The notes under the pieces: generated by a model
Seen by the model: the letters and a program-made list of their open reading frames with translations, nothing else
Database searches by the model: none
What the model was told of the DNA's origin: nothing
Made by a program: the position numbers and the translations under genes
Origin: Salisapilia sapeloensis CBS 127946
Taxonomy: Eukaryota > Protista > Oomycota
DNA length: 64,000 bases
Assembly: GCA_023334545.1 (NCBI GenBank)
Contig: JAADVB010000034.1
Coordinates: forward strand, 42,095-106,094
Direction: 5' to 3'
In this document: piece by piece, positions 1-12,798 of the stretch
How positions within the stretch are numbered: the stretch's first letter is position 1
Layout of the letters: every line of letters starts with the position of its first letter

Positions 1-379
1 ATCACAACCTCAAGACGCACTTGCTCCTTCCTAGTAGTTGACAGTTGCAGCAAGCGCTAGGAAGAGCGACGAGTACCGATCACTTTCCTACTTGAGATCG
101 ATTTGTTGCGCTTATGGCCAAGGCAGAAGTGATTGTTCGCAAGTCTAGTCCAATCAAATTGCATGAAAATTATTTTAACCAATTAGATGGTTTTGATACT
201 GTTTAATTCGTTGCAAACCTTTCTGAGTGTGCATGGGATACATGGATCTACTGGCCATGAGGTGCGAGTTCGTGGTAGACAGAAAGGATATAGGTAGCAT
301 AGCTACAGTACTTTAAACTAATGGAATCTTGTAGTGTATTTGCATGCTTTTGCGTTCGAAGAGCTAGAAAGCAGCGGTA

Positions 380-1762
380 TTAATCACGGTACGAAACGTA
401 ATGGAGACGTTCGCCACAAGTCACAAACTGGTTCGTCGTGGACTCATTGTACGTCTTTCGTGGATCAATCTTCGAGAAAGCGAACCACTGGTCCACGGAT
501 CGCTTTTTGCCCACACCATACGTCCTCATCTCATCCATCTTCTCCTTGGTCGAGACTGGTAACCCCATCAGTCTCCTCATTCTCCTGTACCCTTGCTCTG
601 CAGGCAGTTTCCACTGATGCGTCTGTGTCGCCTGGACGTCATCATTAAAACTCGGTGGAACAGGTCGATCATATCGTTGAAATATAACATCAACGGTCGG
701 TGAGTAAAAGTCGTATCCGTACGTCCAGAAGCGTGCAGCTCTTGTGTATTCATGTCCGACGCCAACAAAAGGAGTATGTGGGTCAGATGGAACGTCTATC
801 AATGCTTGCATCGGTCCAAAGTGGAATAGTTCAGAGTACTGCGCTTGTAAGACTGGACTCAAGTGTGAGGTGTGACCCATGCGAAGAGGTTCCGGTGGGT
901 TGAACTCAATGACAGGGTCACCCCTACGTGCGTGAATGCGAGCAGAGCAATGGTAGTGCACGATACTAGAAGAAGCGAATGGTTGCATTTCAATCGCTTT
1001 CGGAGCAGCACTTAAGATAGCGCGGTCGTTACCGGTCAAGTACCATTGTTGCACAAGCTGCAAGTCCCACTCAGGTGTGAATTGAGCGCCCGAATCGATG
1101 GACATGTAGAACTTGGCAGCGCGGAGCTTGGTGTTCGAATAGACCATGCTTTCGACGAGATTTTTGAGAACGGTCCATCCCTTCGACGCATAGGCTTCGC
1201 GCTTTTTGACGAATAGCTGTCCTGACTTTACAAGCTTCCCACAGCTACCAGCGCCGTACAACTCGCACACGTGTGCAAAGCAAGTGGATTCCGACGGCAT
1301 GTCTGCCTCTTCAAAGACACGAATTAAAATTCTGTCCGGATTGTATGCATTCGAAAGGATCGAGTCGACCGCCTTAGCGCATGAAAATGAGTCCTTGTAG
1401 CTAGTAAGCAGCACCACGATCTCTTCGCTTTCTCCGAATCCGTACGTGTCGTCCGCTAGATGGCTTGGGGCATTTTGCTTGGCAAGTGCATTCTTTGCAT
1501 CAGCTTTCTGCTCATCAACAACTAAATTATGAGATTTATCAAGACGTTTCTTAGCTTGCTGCGTAAATTGGCTTGGTTGTTTTCCTGGAGCTGCGGCAAA
1601 TGACGATTCGAACGATATAAATTGCACCGCTGTGCCAATGACAAGCATGAAGCCAATAAACAAGAGGAAGAGTCGCTCTTTCGATGAGAACAGACGTCGT
1701 CCGTTAGGCGAGTGTGGTCGTGGTGACGTGTGAGGTAAACCGAGCGCATGGGACGGCGTCAT
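380..1762 (-). CDS. GT60-like (PF11397-type GlcNAc transferase-like) type II membrane glycosyltransferase with altered active-site motifs
   Basis: Intronless 460 aa ORF. N-terminal TM anchor (LFLLFIGFMLVIGTAVQFI) and family-like segments LTSYKD..C, IDSGAQFTPEWD, NDRAILSAAP, ELFHFGP, AARFWTYGYDFYSP. Confidence 0.75.
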   Translation of the reverse strand: MTPSHALGLPHTSPRPHSPNGRRLFSSKERLFLLFIGFMLVIGTAVQFISFESSFAAAPGKQPSQFTQQAKKRLDKSHNLVVDEQKADAKNALAKQNAPSHLADDTYGFGESEEIVVLLTSYKDSFSCAKAVDSILSNAYNPDRILIRVFEEADMPSESTCFAHVCELYGAGSCGKLVKSGQLFVKKREAYASKGWTVLKNLVESMVYSNTKLRAAKFYMSIDSGAQFTPEWDLQLVQQWYLTGNDRAILSAAPKAIEMQPFASSSIVHYHCSARIHARRGDPVIEFNPPEPLRMGHTSHLSPVLQAQYSELFHFGPMQALIDVPSDPHTPFVGVGHEYTRAARFWTYGYDFYSPTVDVIFQRYDRPVPPSFNDDVQATQTHQWKLPAEQGYRRMRRLMGLPVSTKEKMDEMRTYGVGKKRSVDQWFAFSKIDPRKTYNESTTNQFVTCGERLHYVSYRD

Positions 1763-2204
1763 CGCGAAGTGGGTGATGTGCCCTTGGATGAAATATTCAC
1801 AGAGACTAATCGAGCAGTACTAGAGTTGTACAGGTGTGCAGGTGCCGAATACGACCTTGTGCTTCGTGATCACGAAGTATAGGCGGAAGAAAGTCAAGTG
1901 GATGGAAGAGTTTCCACGTGACCCTTGATCCCGATCTCATGCGGTCGGTTCATTCCGTAGATCATGATGCTTTTCATTCGTTGAAAAGTTATATTTATAT
2001 CCAATCACAGGTGATTTCCTACTGCAGTTTTCGGTGTACTTGATGCGGAAGGATGCATTCCGCCTAGCCTTTTGCTCTTTTGTTGCAATCTGTGGTCAGC
2101 TATACCCAAAGGTCGACCGATATCTTCATGTTCGTCGCTTTTGCATATTCGACTGTGTTCCTTCGAATTGGAAGAGCTCTGACTCGGTGTGGTAAGTGGA
2201 TATG

Positions 2205-2345
2205 GCTACAGAGTCTCTTGCTGAATCAATCGTAACCTCTTTCAAGCGGCAGTACTCTCCATCCAGCACAGTGAACTCTAGTAGATTACCACTGGATAGT
2301 GCGGATGCCCAAAGGACTCTTTGGTTACCGCATCCGGATACATTT
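2205..2345 (+). ncRNA. Candidate box H/ACA snoRNA inside a putative 208-nt intron (2192-2399)
   Basis: 5' hairpin: lower stem 2210-2214/2275-2279, upper stem 2219-2223/2264-2268. H box AGATTA at 2283-2288, 14 nt after the upper stem. 3' hairpin: upper stem CCAAAG/CTTTGG at 2309-2324. ACA at 2340-2342, 15 nt after that upper stem. Flanked by donor GTAAGT at 2192 and TTGAC...TTAG ending at 2399. Folded by eye only. Confidence 0.4.
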
Positions 2346-2552
2346 GGTCAGCTCCTATTCGTTTGACTTGCTTTTGTATGTCGCATCTGGCCGATTTAGC
2401 TTGGCGTAAAGTGTAAATTATCCAATCAATTTCTTTTCTAAATCATAAATACCTCTTTTATCAGCGTTTTATGCTTAATTTGCCTCGACAGGAATAAATC
2501 GACTCTACTATCGTGCTTTGGACTGCGTCTTCTATCGCTACCAGTGGAAGCC

Positions 2553-4110
2553 ATGTCCGAGTTTACGAAGCGTGATTTGGCGTTGCTACTACCGGACGGA
2601 ACACCAGGTGATCCAGTTTCTCTCCGACACACCAAAACAAAGTACAAGAGCTAGACTACGCTATCAAAGTCCATTCATCTCATAGTATTTATTTGACGAT
2701 GGTAGTGAAAAGACCGAGGAGTATGTCGCTCCAAAGCCCAAGGTAGACCTTTCCAAGAAAGTGGCTCGATATCGGGCTGGTCAGGTACCAGAGTACGCTC
2801 AATTCTACGAAGAAGACCGTGGATTCGTCACTTTGGACAGCAAAGTTCGTGATGACAAGCGTCCGACAGAGACCAAGACACCAGCTCCTCGTCGAAAGAA
2901 GATTGAGGCTCAAATCCTGACTGCTCCAAAGCCTTCAAGTGAATTTGAAACTCAGGAATCCAATTCTTTAGTCGAGAAAGAAGAGTCATCTGATGATGAG
3001 CAACAGGTTGTGAATGCTCTCGAGGACTCCGAGTCCGATTCCGATTCGGACGATGAAGAAGTAGCTCGACGTCGTCAACGACTGAAGGCTCGTGTCATCG
3101 CAAAGGAAAAGGAACAAGAAGCTCCATTAGAAGAGAAAGTCGAACCACCTAAAAAAGAGGAGACATCTCCATCAGAAGAGTCTGAATCAGAGTACGAGAC
3201 CGACTCAGACGAAAGTGAAGAGGAGATGATGAAGCCAGTGTTTGTACCAAAGAACAAGCGTAAGACATTAAAGACACAGGAAGAGATAGAGCAGGAAGAG
3301 GCAGAAAAACAGCAAAGGGAAGAAGAAAAGGTAGACAGATTACTATTCAGTACCAAAGGCATCGTCCTAATCGGTTGGCTTAGGCTCAGAGGAAGAAGCA
3401 GGAGGCAAAGGAGCTCTTGGCAGAAGAGATACGCCGGTCAAAGGAGGCAGCTGTGGATGATAGTACGACAGACGAGGAAATGCCGGACGATACAGACGGC
3501 GTGGATCCCGATCAAGAGTACCGGGACTGGGAACTACGAGAGATGCGACGCATCAAGCGAGAGCGTGATCGTGCAGAGGCTGCTAGGAAGGAAGCAGAGG
3601 AAACGGAGCGTCGGCGGAATATGACTGAGGAAGAACGAGCAGAAGAAGATGAGCGTCTGCGGAAGAACGAACCGAAGGACAAGAGCAAGCTGAAGTTCCT
3701 TCAAAAGTATTATCACAAGGGTGCTTTCTACATGGATGAAGGGAGTGTCCAGCAAAAGGACGACGTTCGGAGGCGAGAAGCAAGTGGTGCGACGCTCGAA
3801 GACAACTTTAACAAGGAGATGATGCCCAAGGTCATGCAGGTCAAGAACTTTGGTCGCAGTGGACAGTACGCTATGTATGCCTCTTCCTCCATACCTTGTC
3901 TAACGATATGATAGGACCAAGTACACGCATCTCGCAGATCAAGACACATCCACGAAAGACGCGCTGTGGTCTCGCAAAGACTCGTACGTAACACCATCTA
4001 CTTGTATTATGTAGAGACTAACGTCGCGTAGGATTCGAGACAAGTATGAGCGAAAGATGGGTGGCATCGGCGATCTGGAGAAGCCTCGGAAGAAGCGCAA
4101 GAAAGAATAA
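2553..4110 (+). CDS. MFAP1: Microfibrillar-associated protein 1 (spliceosomal B-complex factor), spliced
   Basis: Motifs [78 protein letters not shown]. Four introns inferred (about 2642-2705, 3331-3383 and two near 3865-4030) restore one frame. Confidence 0.92.
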
Positions 4111-4207
4111 AATATGCAGAGTGCATTCTTGAAAAAGACCAACAAGTGTAGAATGTCCAAAGCGTACGTCTTCGAATTCAACCTTTCTTCCTCTTTGCAA
4201 TAGCTGC

Positions 4208-5984
<1,777 letters not shown>

Positions 5985-6303
5985 CGTAGCTACTGGTTCT
6001 GGTATGTTTGCAAACGTTGATTCTTTTCCTGTCTTGCTCCGATAAGGTCGTAGAGGTCCAATGTGCACCACCCAACGTCCGGTTTTTTTACGTTTTGGAC
6101 CGTAAAATCGGCGGAAGGATTTGTGAAAATGTGGTCCACATGAATGAATAAACGTATATGATTGGAGAAAAGAGAGTAGTTTTATAGCCAATGATAGAGG
6201 GAATATAAACAATAAAACTTGGCAATTCAGTAGTTGAGGCCTGACGGTAGGAAGAGTAGACCTCCTCCTACGTGATTACTACTTGTAGGATTTTTATTCA
6301 GAG

Positions 6304-7647
6304 ATGAACGGAACGAATGGAAGTGGAGTGCAGAATGGACAAGATTCTGCTACTAGAACGGTTCTTGTGATAGGTAAAAGCTGTCTATTGTGGACTGGAT
6401 GAAATAAGCTTTGACGATTCTTTCGTCTAGATGGGTCATACGCGGAAATTGGATCAAAAGCATTAGTATGTGCATATTTTGTCTATGAGAGATAGTTTGC
6501 ATACTCATGCAAGATCTGAAATAGTCTTCCGGTAAAATTGACTACGCAAAACTTCGAAGCACGTTGGAAGAGATGGAGGTCAAGACGACATTTAAAGGTA
6601 CTGTTGCCATTTGCACATATCTCATTTCCAATATGAATCGTTTTCAATTCTAGAATGCTGGTTCTTTGACCAGGATCCTATCTTTCGCAAGTCACCCAAC
6701 CAGGAACTGTCCGAATACTATACGTCTCTCAAGTGTGCACCTCCTCGAGGTCCACAGTTCCAGCTCAGTCTCTACGCCATGAAGCCAATCGCTTGTCACT
6801 GTCCCTCTTGTGGTCATAACTTTAGTAAAAAGGTTCAAAAAGGGGTTGACAACGGGTATGTAACAAAGACTTCCATAGTCATTTCGATCCTTAACCAACC
6901 TCATTCGATAGCATTGCCACGAAAATCCTGAGCCTCGCTTACGAAAATGTACTTTTCTCTATTTTTAAATGGGACAGCAAAAGGACTCATTCTCGAATAG
7001 GTTGCTGACCGCTTTGTTCTCTTCGCCGGTCTTATTCTATATTTCTTCATGCCATTCGATCGCGCCATAACTTGGTATCATGTTTAGGTGATGGTGATTT
7101 CTACGACTCTTTGAACTTGGTCAAAAACGTATTGCGCAAAGATCTATGGGTGATCGGTAAACCCTTCTTTCCCCACTTTTAAATGCATACTCTAAGGAAG
7201 TATACAGGGTACCGTCCATCCATGTCAGCGGATTTACAGCAACTCGCTACTCGTGTGTTATGGGTAGAGGATTTTGCCAGTAGGATCATGAATGTCAGTT
7301 CCCAGCCTCCTCGAAATCCTCCATATACATCGAAGAAAACGAGGAAGAAACCATCGAAACCAAGAGGCACAAAGCGTCAGATAGAGGTAGTTGAAGACAG
7401 TCAAGCAGTTGACAGCAATTGGAAGCATAAGAGAGACGACTTGATTCGAAAGAGTGAACAGAGAATGTCATCTAAAAGCACGTTCTATGAGGACCGGGTG
7501 GGAAGTCCGAGGAAACGAGCAACTCGCTGGGCTCAAAAACCCGTGGAGAGTAAAGTGGAGGTGGAAACAGGTGAACCAGAACGGACGCTGATTGTGCCGA
7601 GTGATGTGATTGAGCTGTTATCGGAGACGGAAAGCGATTCAGGATAA
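6304..7647 (+). CDS. NYN-domain (PIN-like, LabA/DUF88-type) predicted ribonuclease, 8 exons, 317 aa
   Basis: Exons 6304-6373, 6431-6465, 6525-6597, 6654-6855, 6912-6948, 7001-7028, 7088-7156, 7208-7647 sum to 954 nt in one frame. Motifs VLVIDGSY, VQKGVDNGIA, FVLFAGDGDF, LWVIGYRPSMSADLQQLA. Confidence 0.85.
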
Positions 7648-7717
7648 ATTTAGCGTTCAGTTTTTGCAGGTATGAAGACATAGCCGCGGTAGTATTTAGC
7701 ATAGACCATGCCGCATG

Positions 7718-8571
7718 TTATAAAAAGGGAATATCAAAGCGTTTGTTCCCAATCACAGCTTCAGCCGACGTCATACGCTGTCTCCAATCGTGTAACGGTG
7801 GAGATAGCTTGTCTTTGTCTATAGAAGATGCATTGAATGCTTCTACAAGAGATCTACTGGGAGCAGAGGCGACGCTTGTATGGAAGATGGGGTCCTACCA
7901 TTCGAATAAGTGTTCATTCATCTTGGTGATAAAGTAGATAGAAACCTGATAGTAAGTGGGCTGATCATATTGCTCCAAGACATTATCAATCTTGGTAACC
8001 AGATCGGAGAGCTTATTGGTACCTTCACTCGCTTTGAAAGCAAAGAAGGATCGAGTGTCATGGTCGTTCGCTAGTGCAATTGGCTTGTCAAAGCTTACGT
8101 AAAAACTACACAAACGGTCATTTAAACGCCACTAGTTAAACTGTTTGTGCTCTACCCTTGCTGACGTTGAAGGGCTCTTCTCAAGTGCATGATAAATGGA
8201 TCGATCTGGTCGTACGTGAGAACGAACGGCTTTGTCAGACTTAGATGACAGCTTCCGTCTTCCTCCAAGATCGATACAACTGAATCATTATATTCATTCA
8301 GCTTTGCAATCATATCCTTGATCGATTTCTCTTGAGCAAGCGTGGTTTTTAAATTAAGTCGAATGTGACTTGGCCATTGGCCGTCCACATGCTCAAAATT
8401 GCGCACCCATTGGTATTTCTCATCTCGTGGTCGCTTTAAACTCCTATCATTGCTGCTTTCTGGACTAGACAATACCTTACGCTTATGGCTATCAACTTTA
8501 CTTTCTTCTGCATCACTTTCGGAGCTGGAAGATGATGAAGATGAGCCATAATGAGCAGAGATAGCATCCAT
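7718..8571 (-). CDS. USB1: U6 snRNA phosphodiesterase (2H family), 3 exons
   Basis: WVRNFEHVDGQWPSHI, HLSL and FHTSVA (two HxS/T motifs), LANDHDTRSF, IDNVLEQYDQPTYY. Two short introns. Confidence 0.9.
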
Positions 8572-8732
8572 TTGGTGTTTTTTGCTTTGCTGTCATGCAT
8601 CATGTCCAAACGATGTGGTACACATGAATAACCATGATGCTGTCACGGACACGTACCGACTTTGGCTCTTTAGCACGATAGGAACTATATTACCGAAAGC
8701 GAATGCATTCAAACAATACTACTAACGTGGAT

Positions 8733-9981
8733 CTATTCGTCTTCTAACGCCAATTCATCAATCTGCTCATCAGTCGGAGGTCTTCCAGTGATCAGCTACT
8801 TTATCTGTAAGTGTGTTTCTATTCTAATATGAACAGATAACTTTCGTACCTTGCACACAAAGTGGAGTATTTGAGGCTTCCCAACCTCTTGCAGTGCTCT
8901 CGGACCATAGGTGAGGATACGTATCTTCTTATGGTCGGCATCCACATCGCTCTTGCCAATCAAGTAGCTACACCCAATGGGTTAGAAACATTCTACTACA
9001 TGATCTATATATCCAAAACCTTTGTGCTTCAAACGTCTTCAAGTGTGCTGCTACATCACCGAGTTGTCGGTGCTTTCGACCTGGCGTAATGTTCGAATCG
9101 ATGTGTGTCAATTGGGTCCACAAGTCGTCTTCTGAGAGACTTCTGGATGGAGCACACCAAAGAAGTCCAATGACCATCATCAATAGGCCTCTCACCTTGC
9201 TGTTTTGGTTTTTGTTTAGCAGCAAGAGATGTTCTTGGGAGTTCAGCTTGTTCAAGACCAAGTATGTCTCTCGAGCTGTGTCCTCCATGGCCACGACACG
9301 AAAGCCAAACACTTTTTCAAGACGTTTCTTGGCGCGATGAAAGAAATATCTACATCATGAAGAGCTTCAAATCTCGTTTACTAGTATAAAGGTTACATAG
9401 ATACCTCGAGACGTTCTTATATGTCGGGTAGACTTCTTTGCTAATGTCTGTGAAGCGTACTGGCAGCTTTTGCATGCCCTTGTAGAGCAAATAACGCACT
9501 AAAAGCGCTGTCAAGTCTTCCACTTGCTATTTTATTGGTGAAAAAGAGAGCCACAGTTGCATAGCTATATAAAATTACCTTTTCATCTAGCTGGGCGATG
9601 CGACTTGGTACGGAAGGGCTCTTCTTGTCGGCAGTTGCTCTATCTGCCACTTGCGAAGCAGTCGTCTCCACTTCGACAGCGTAGTCAGTCTGTGTAAAGT
9701 CGAGTGATTCTTCTACTCCATCCTCATCAATGCTGTCGTCTTGGATACTGGATCTGTTGTGGTTGGATGAGCTAGAGCGCGACATTGGCTGCGACTGCTT
9801 CATCTCTTCGTCGCTGTCCACTTCGGTCCCTTCCGTGGCGTCACTGTCCTCATCGCTTCCTATTCCAATCATCAATCTATCTAATTTAAAAGTAGTAGAA
9901 ATAGCGTTAAATACGTAAGCGTCGACGTTGCGATCTGGAGGTATTCTCTTGGCTACTACGAAGACGCTTCCTCGGGCTCAT
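8733..9981 (-). CDS. NSE3: MAGE-homology domain protein, SMC5/6 subunit NSE3-like, multi-exon
   Basis: Spliced product contains LVRYLLYK..QKLPVRFTDISK, FFHRAKKRLEKVFGFRV, GLLMMVIGLLW, LSEDDLWTQL, YGPRALQEVGKPQILHFV. Five introns of about 50-60 nt inferred. Confidence 0.8.
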
Positions 9982-10322
9982 GCTTGATCCTTTTTGTTGT
10001 TTAAAGGCTCCCGCGTTTTTTATTCGTTGCGGATTGGTTAGAATAAATTCATTTTACTTTATTCGTTCATAAAACAAACGATTTACACTTGACATCACTT
10101 TAAAACCAAAGTGTCCAGTAATCGATACTACAGCGTTTCTAGTGCATCCAAGACACTAAGGAGGCTAGTCATGCTACTTTCTATGGCAATAGAGACATAT
10201 TGAACAAGTAATAAGCTTCGATAGACATTTTTATAGGTAACATACTGAAAGATCAAGTCGTGCGACTGAGAGTTTCGCTCACTTCTTTGTTGTTGTGATA
10301 TAGCACTACGTTTAGAGTAATA

Positions 10323-11558
10323 TCATGCTGGAGCATAAGAACGCTTGTATGCGAGATTTCCGGCAACATAGGTGCTTTGAACCTGAAGTGCATCGTCCAG
10401 TAGTACAAAGTCAGCGTCCGTACCGACATCCAGTGTGCCTTTCTTGTCTTGGATGCCTAGCGCCTGAGCTGGATGCAGCGTTGCACTCTCCAACGCCATT
10501 ACTGTACTGCAGCCAGTAAACTCAACTAAGTTTCGGGCACACGTGTCCATAGTGGCGATACTGCCAGCTAACGTCGATGTGTTTTTAATAAAAGCTCCGT
10601 TCGGCGTGACGTCCACGAGTCGACCGCCGAGTTCATACTCGCCCATCGGCAGACCAAGCCCATTCATAGAGTCGGTGACGAGAATGAGACCGTTTGGATG
10701 GGCTCTTTGGGCGATAGAAACAGTCGCTGGGTGGGAATGATGACCATCCACGACCATACCAAAGTACGGTGCATTTGTCTTGGATCCAAGTAGACCTACC
10801 AAGCCAGGGTCACGATGATGAAAGCTCCCCATGGCATTAAACGCATGTCTAGATATTCAAATCAGCAAGTGAAAAGATCATAAATAAAGCATAAGCATAT
10901 ACGTGAGGAGGGTGATGCCGTTCTCTATGGCAGCTTGACCTTCCTTGATCGTTGCCCTGGAATGACCAGCGCTCACAACGATTCCCTTTTGCTTTAGTGC
11001 TGCGATAGCTTCTGATGATCCTTTCAGCTCTGGTGCTAATGTGATGATCACAACGTTGTCAAGAGATCCATATACGTCCAGGATAGAGTCGATCCCGTTG
11101 ATCGGATCTACCAATAACTCCTCTGGGTGTGCACCTTTGCTACCTTTGTTAATAAAAGGCCCTTCGAGATGTAATCCAATAATCTCTGCCTCGACATCGC
11201 TGTCGGGTGTCCTGGAAGTTGGATCGAATTTGGCCATGGCGTCGGGGTAAAAGTCTTTTGACGACGACACAAGTGTCGGGCAGAAACTAGTGACTCCAGT
11301 AGCGACAATGTTCTTCTGGACCTTGTGGACATCCTCTTGTGTAACCTCTGGACTGGAAAAATCAACACCAAATCCGCCATTCACCTGAATGTCAATAAAT
11401 CCGGGTGCTACAATCGCATTTTTCCCATCCACAACTTCATCCGGAGGTTGTTCCGACGGTGCAATGATCTTACCATCTCGTACCCATAGACTACTCTTGT
11501 CGATAAGATGTCCATGCCGTAGCAAACGGACATTTCGAATTTCTAAAACGTGTGGCAT
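10323..11558 (-). CDS. nagA: N-acetylglucosamine-6-phosphate deacetylase, 2 exons (intron 10849-10902), 393 aa
   Basis: PGFIDIQVNGGFG, GVTSFCPTLVSS, GLHLEGPFIN..KGAHP, ITLAPE, VSAGHS, THAFNAM, VDGHHSHP, LVTDSM, LAGS, ATLHPA, DADFV. Confidence 0.96.
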
Positions 11559-11666
11559 TTGAATGCTTTCAAAGAAGACTTTTTTGTTTCTTCCCTCGAA
11601 AAAGCTACTTGCTGAACTTCAACTTGGTCCGTCTCAAGTGGTACTCGATACAAAACACAACTCAAA
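11559..11666. promoter_or_regulatory. 108-bp shared (bidirectional) promoter between nagA and nagB
   Basis: Only 108 bp separate the two divergent ATGs. Contains an imperfect inverted repeat TCAAGT-GGT-ACTCGA at about 11635-11649. Confidence 0.6.
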
Positions 11667-12639
11667 ATGCGGCTGATAATCGAGGATGATAAAGCCAAGG
11701 TGGCGCTATGGGTGGCGAATTACGTGCGAAAACGTATAAATGACTTTGCACCCACGAAAGAAAAGCCGTTTGTATTGGGGCTACCGACTGGGAGCTCCCC
11801 CCTGCTTGCCTACAAGAAGCTGATTGAATACCATCAAGCAGGCACACTGAGGTATCCTTTTCTACAGTATTCCCTCTTGCCTCCAATGGTGATCCTGACC
11901 TTGACACTAGTTTTCAACACGTCATTACTTTTAATATGGACGAGGTATGTCTATAGTTGCATCTTTTCGTCAATTGTTTTTAAGTAGCATGTCTCTAGTA
12001 TGTGAATCTACCAGAGGAGCATCCTGAAAGTTATCATTCGTTCATGTGGAATAACTTTTTCAACCACATCGACATCCAGCGAGACAATGTGCATATTTTA
12101 AATGGCAATGCAGAGGACTTGGATGCCGAGTGTGTTGAATTCGAGCGTCAGATCGAAGCTGTTGGTGGCATTGAGCTCTTCCTTGGTGGTATCGGTCCAG
12201 ACGGTCACATCGCATTCAACGAGCCAGGAAGCTCCCTTTCATCTCGAACGCGTGTAAAGACACTCGCATACGACACGATCGTTGCAAACTCTCGTTTCTT
12301 TCATAATCACTTGGAAGAGGTGCCGAAGATGGCGTTGACTGTCGGTGTCGGAACAGTAATGGATGCTCGTGAAGTCCTCGTTATCATCACTGGCATTGCC
12401 AAATCCTTTGCTCTCTACAAGGTCGTGGAAGAAGGTATTAATCATATGTGGACCGTCTCCATGATACAACAACATCCAAAGGCATGCATCGGTACGTCCT
12501 CTTATTTGACGATAGCATACTTACCTACTAACTACGGAAATGTGTAGTGTGTGATGAAGAAGCGACGATGGAACTACGCGTGAAGACCGTCAAGTACTTT
12601 AAAGGGCTCAGTGACACGCACGCAAAGCTACTAGAGTAG
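11667..12639 (+). CDS. nagB: Glucosamine-6-phosphate deaminase, 4 exons, 267 aa
   Basis: Exons 11667-11851, 11911-11944, 11999-12491, 12548-12639 (804 nt). Motifs [68 protein letters not shown]. Confidence 0.96.
11852..11910 (+). other. Candidate U12-type (minor spliceosome) GT-AG intron in nagB
   Basis: Donor GTATCCTTTT, phase 2. Branch-like TCCTGAC/CCTTGAC 7-13 nt before the terminal TAG. Splicing gives [15 protein letters not shown]. Confidence 0.65.
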
Positions 12640-12798
12640 TGCCGAAAGGAACAATGCTAGAGGCGTATAACCTTCTCGGCAGTCGGATGATCAAATCTCA
12701 GCTAGCCGATGGATACAATGCAAACCCAGGATAGCAATCTCCTTGAACGAATACATTCGTGCAATATAAAAAGTCGCCAAGCAATCTAGTCTACCTAC

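Noticed and set aside
1862-1877. Perfect 16-bp palindrome CTTCGTGATCACGAAG
   Set aside because: About one such palindrome is expected by chance in 64 kb, and there is no second copy.
1900-1965. ACCCTTGATCCCGATC resembling part of a TPP riboswitch
   Set aside because: It lacks the CUGAGA element and P4/P5 pairing, and there is no thiamine-related gene nearby.
12517-12526. ATACTTACCT, identical to the U1 snRNA 5' end
   Set aside because: It is inside a 56-nt nagB intron with no other U1 features; chance match.
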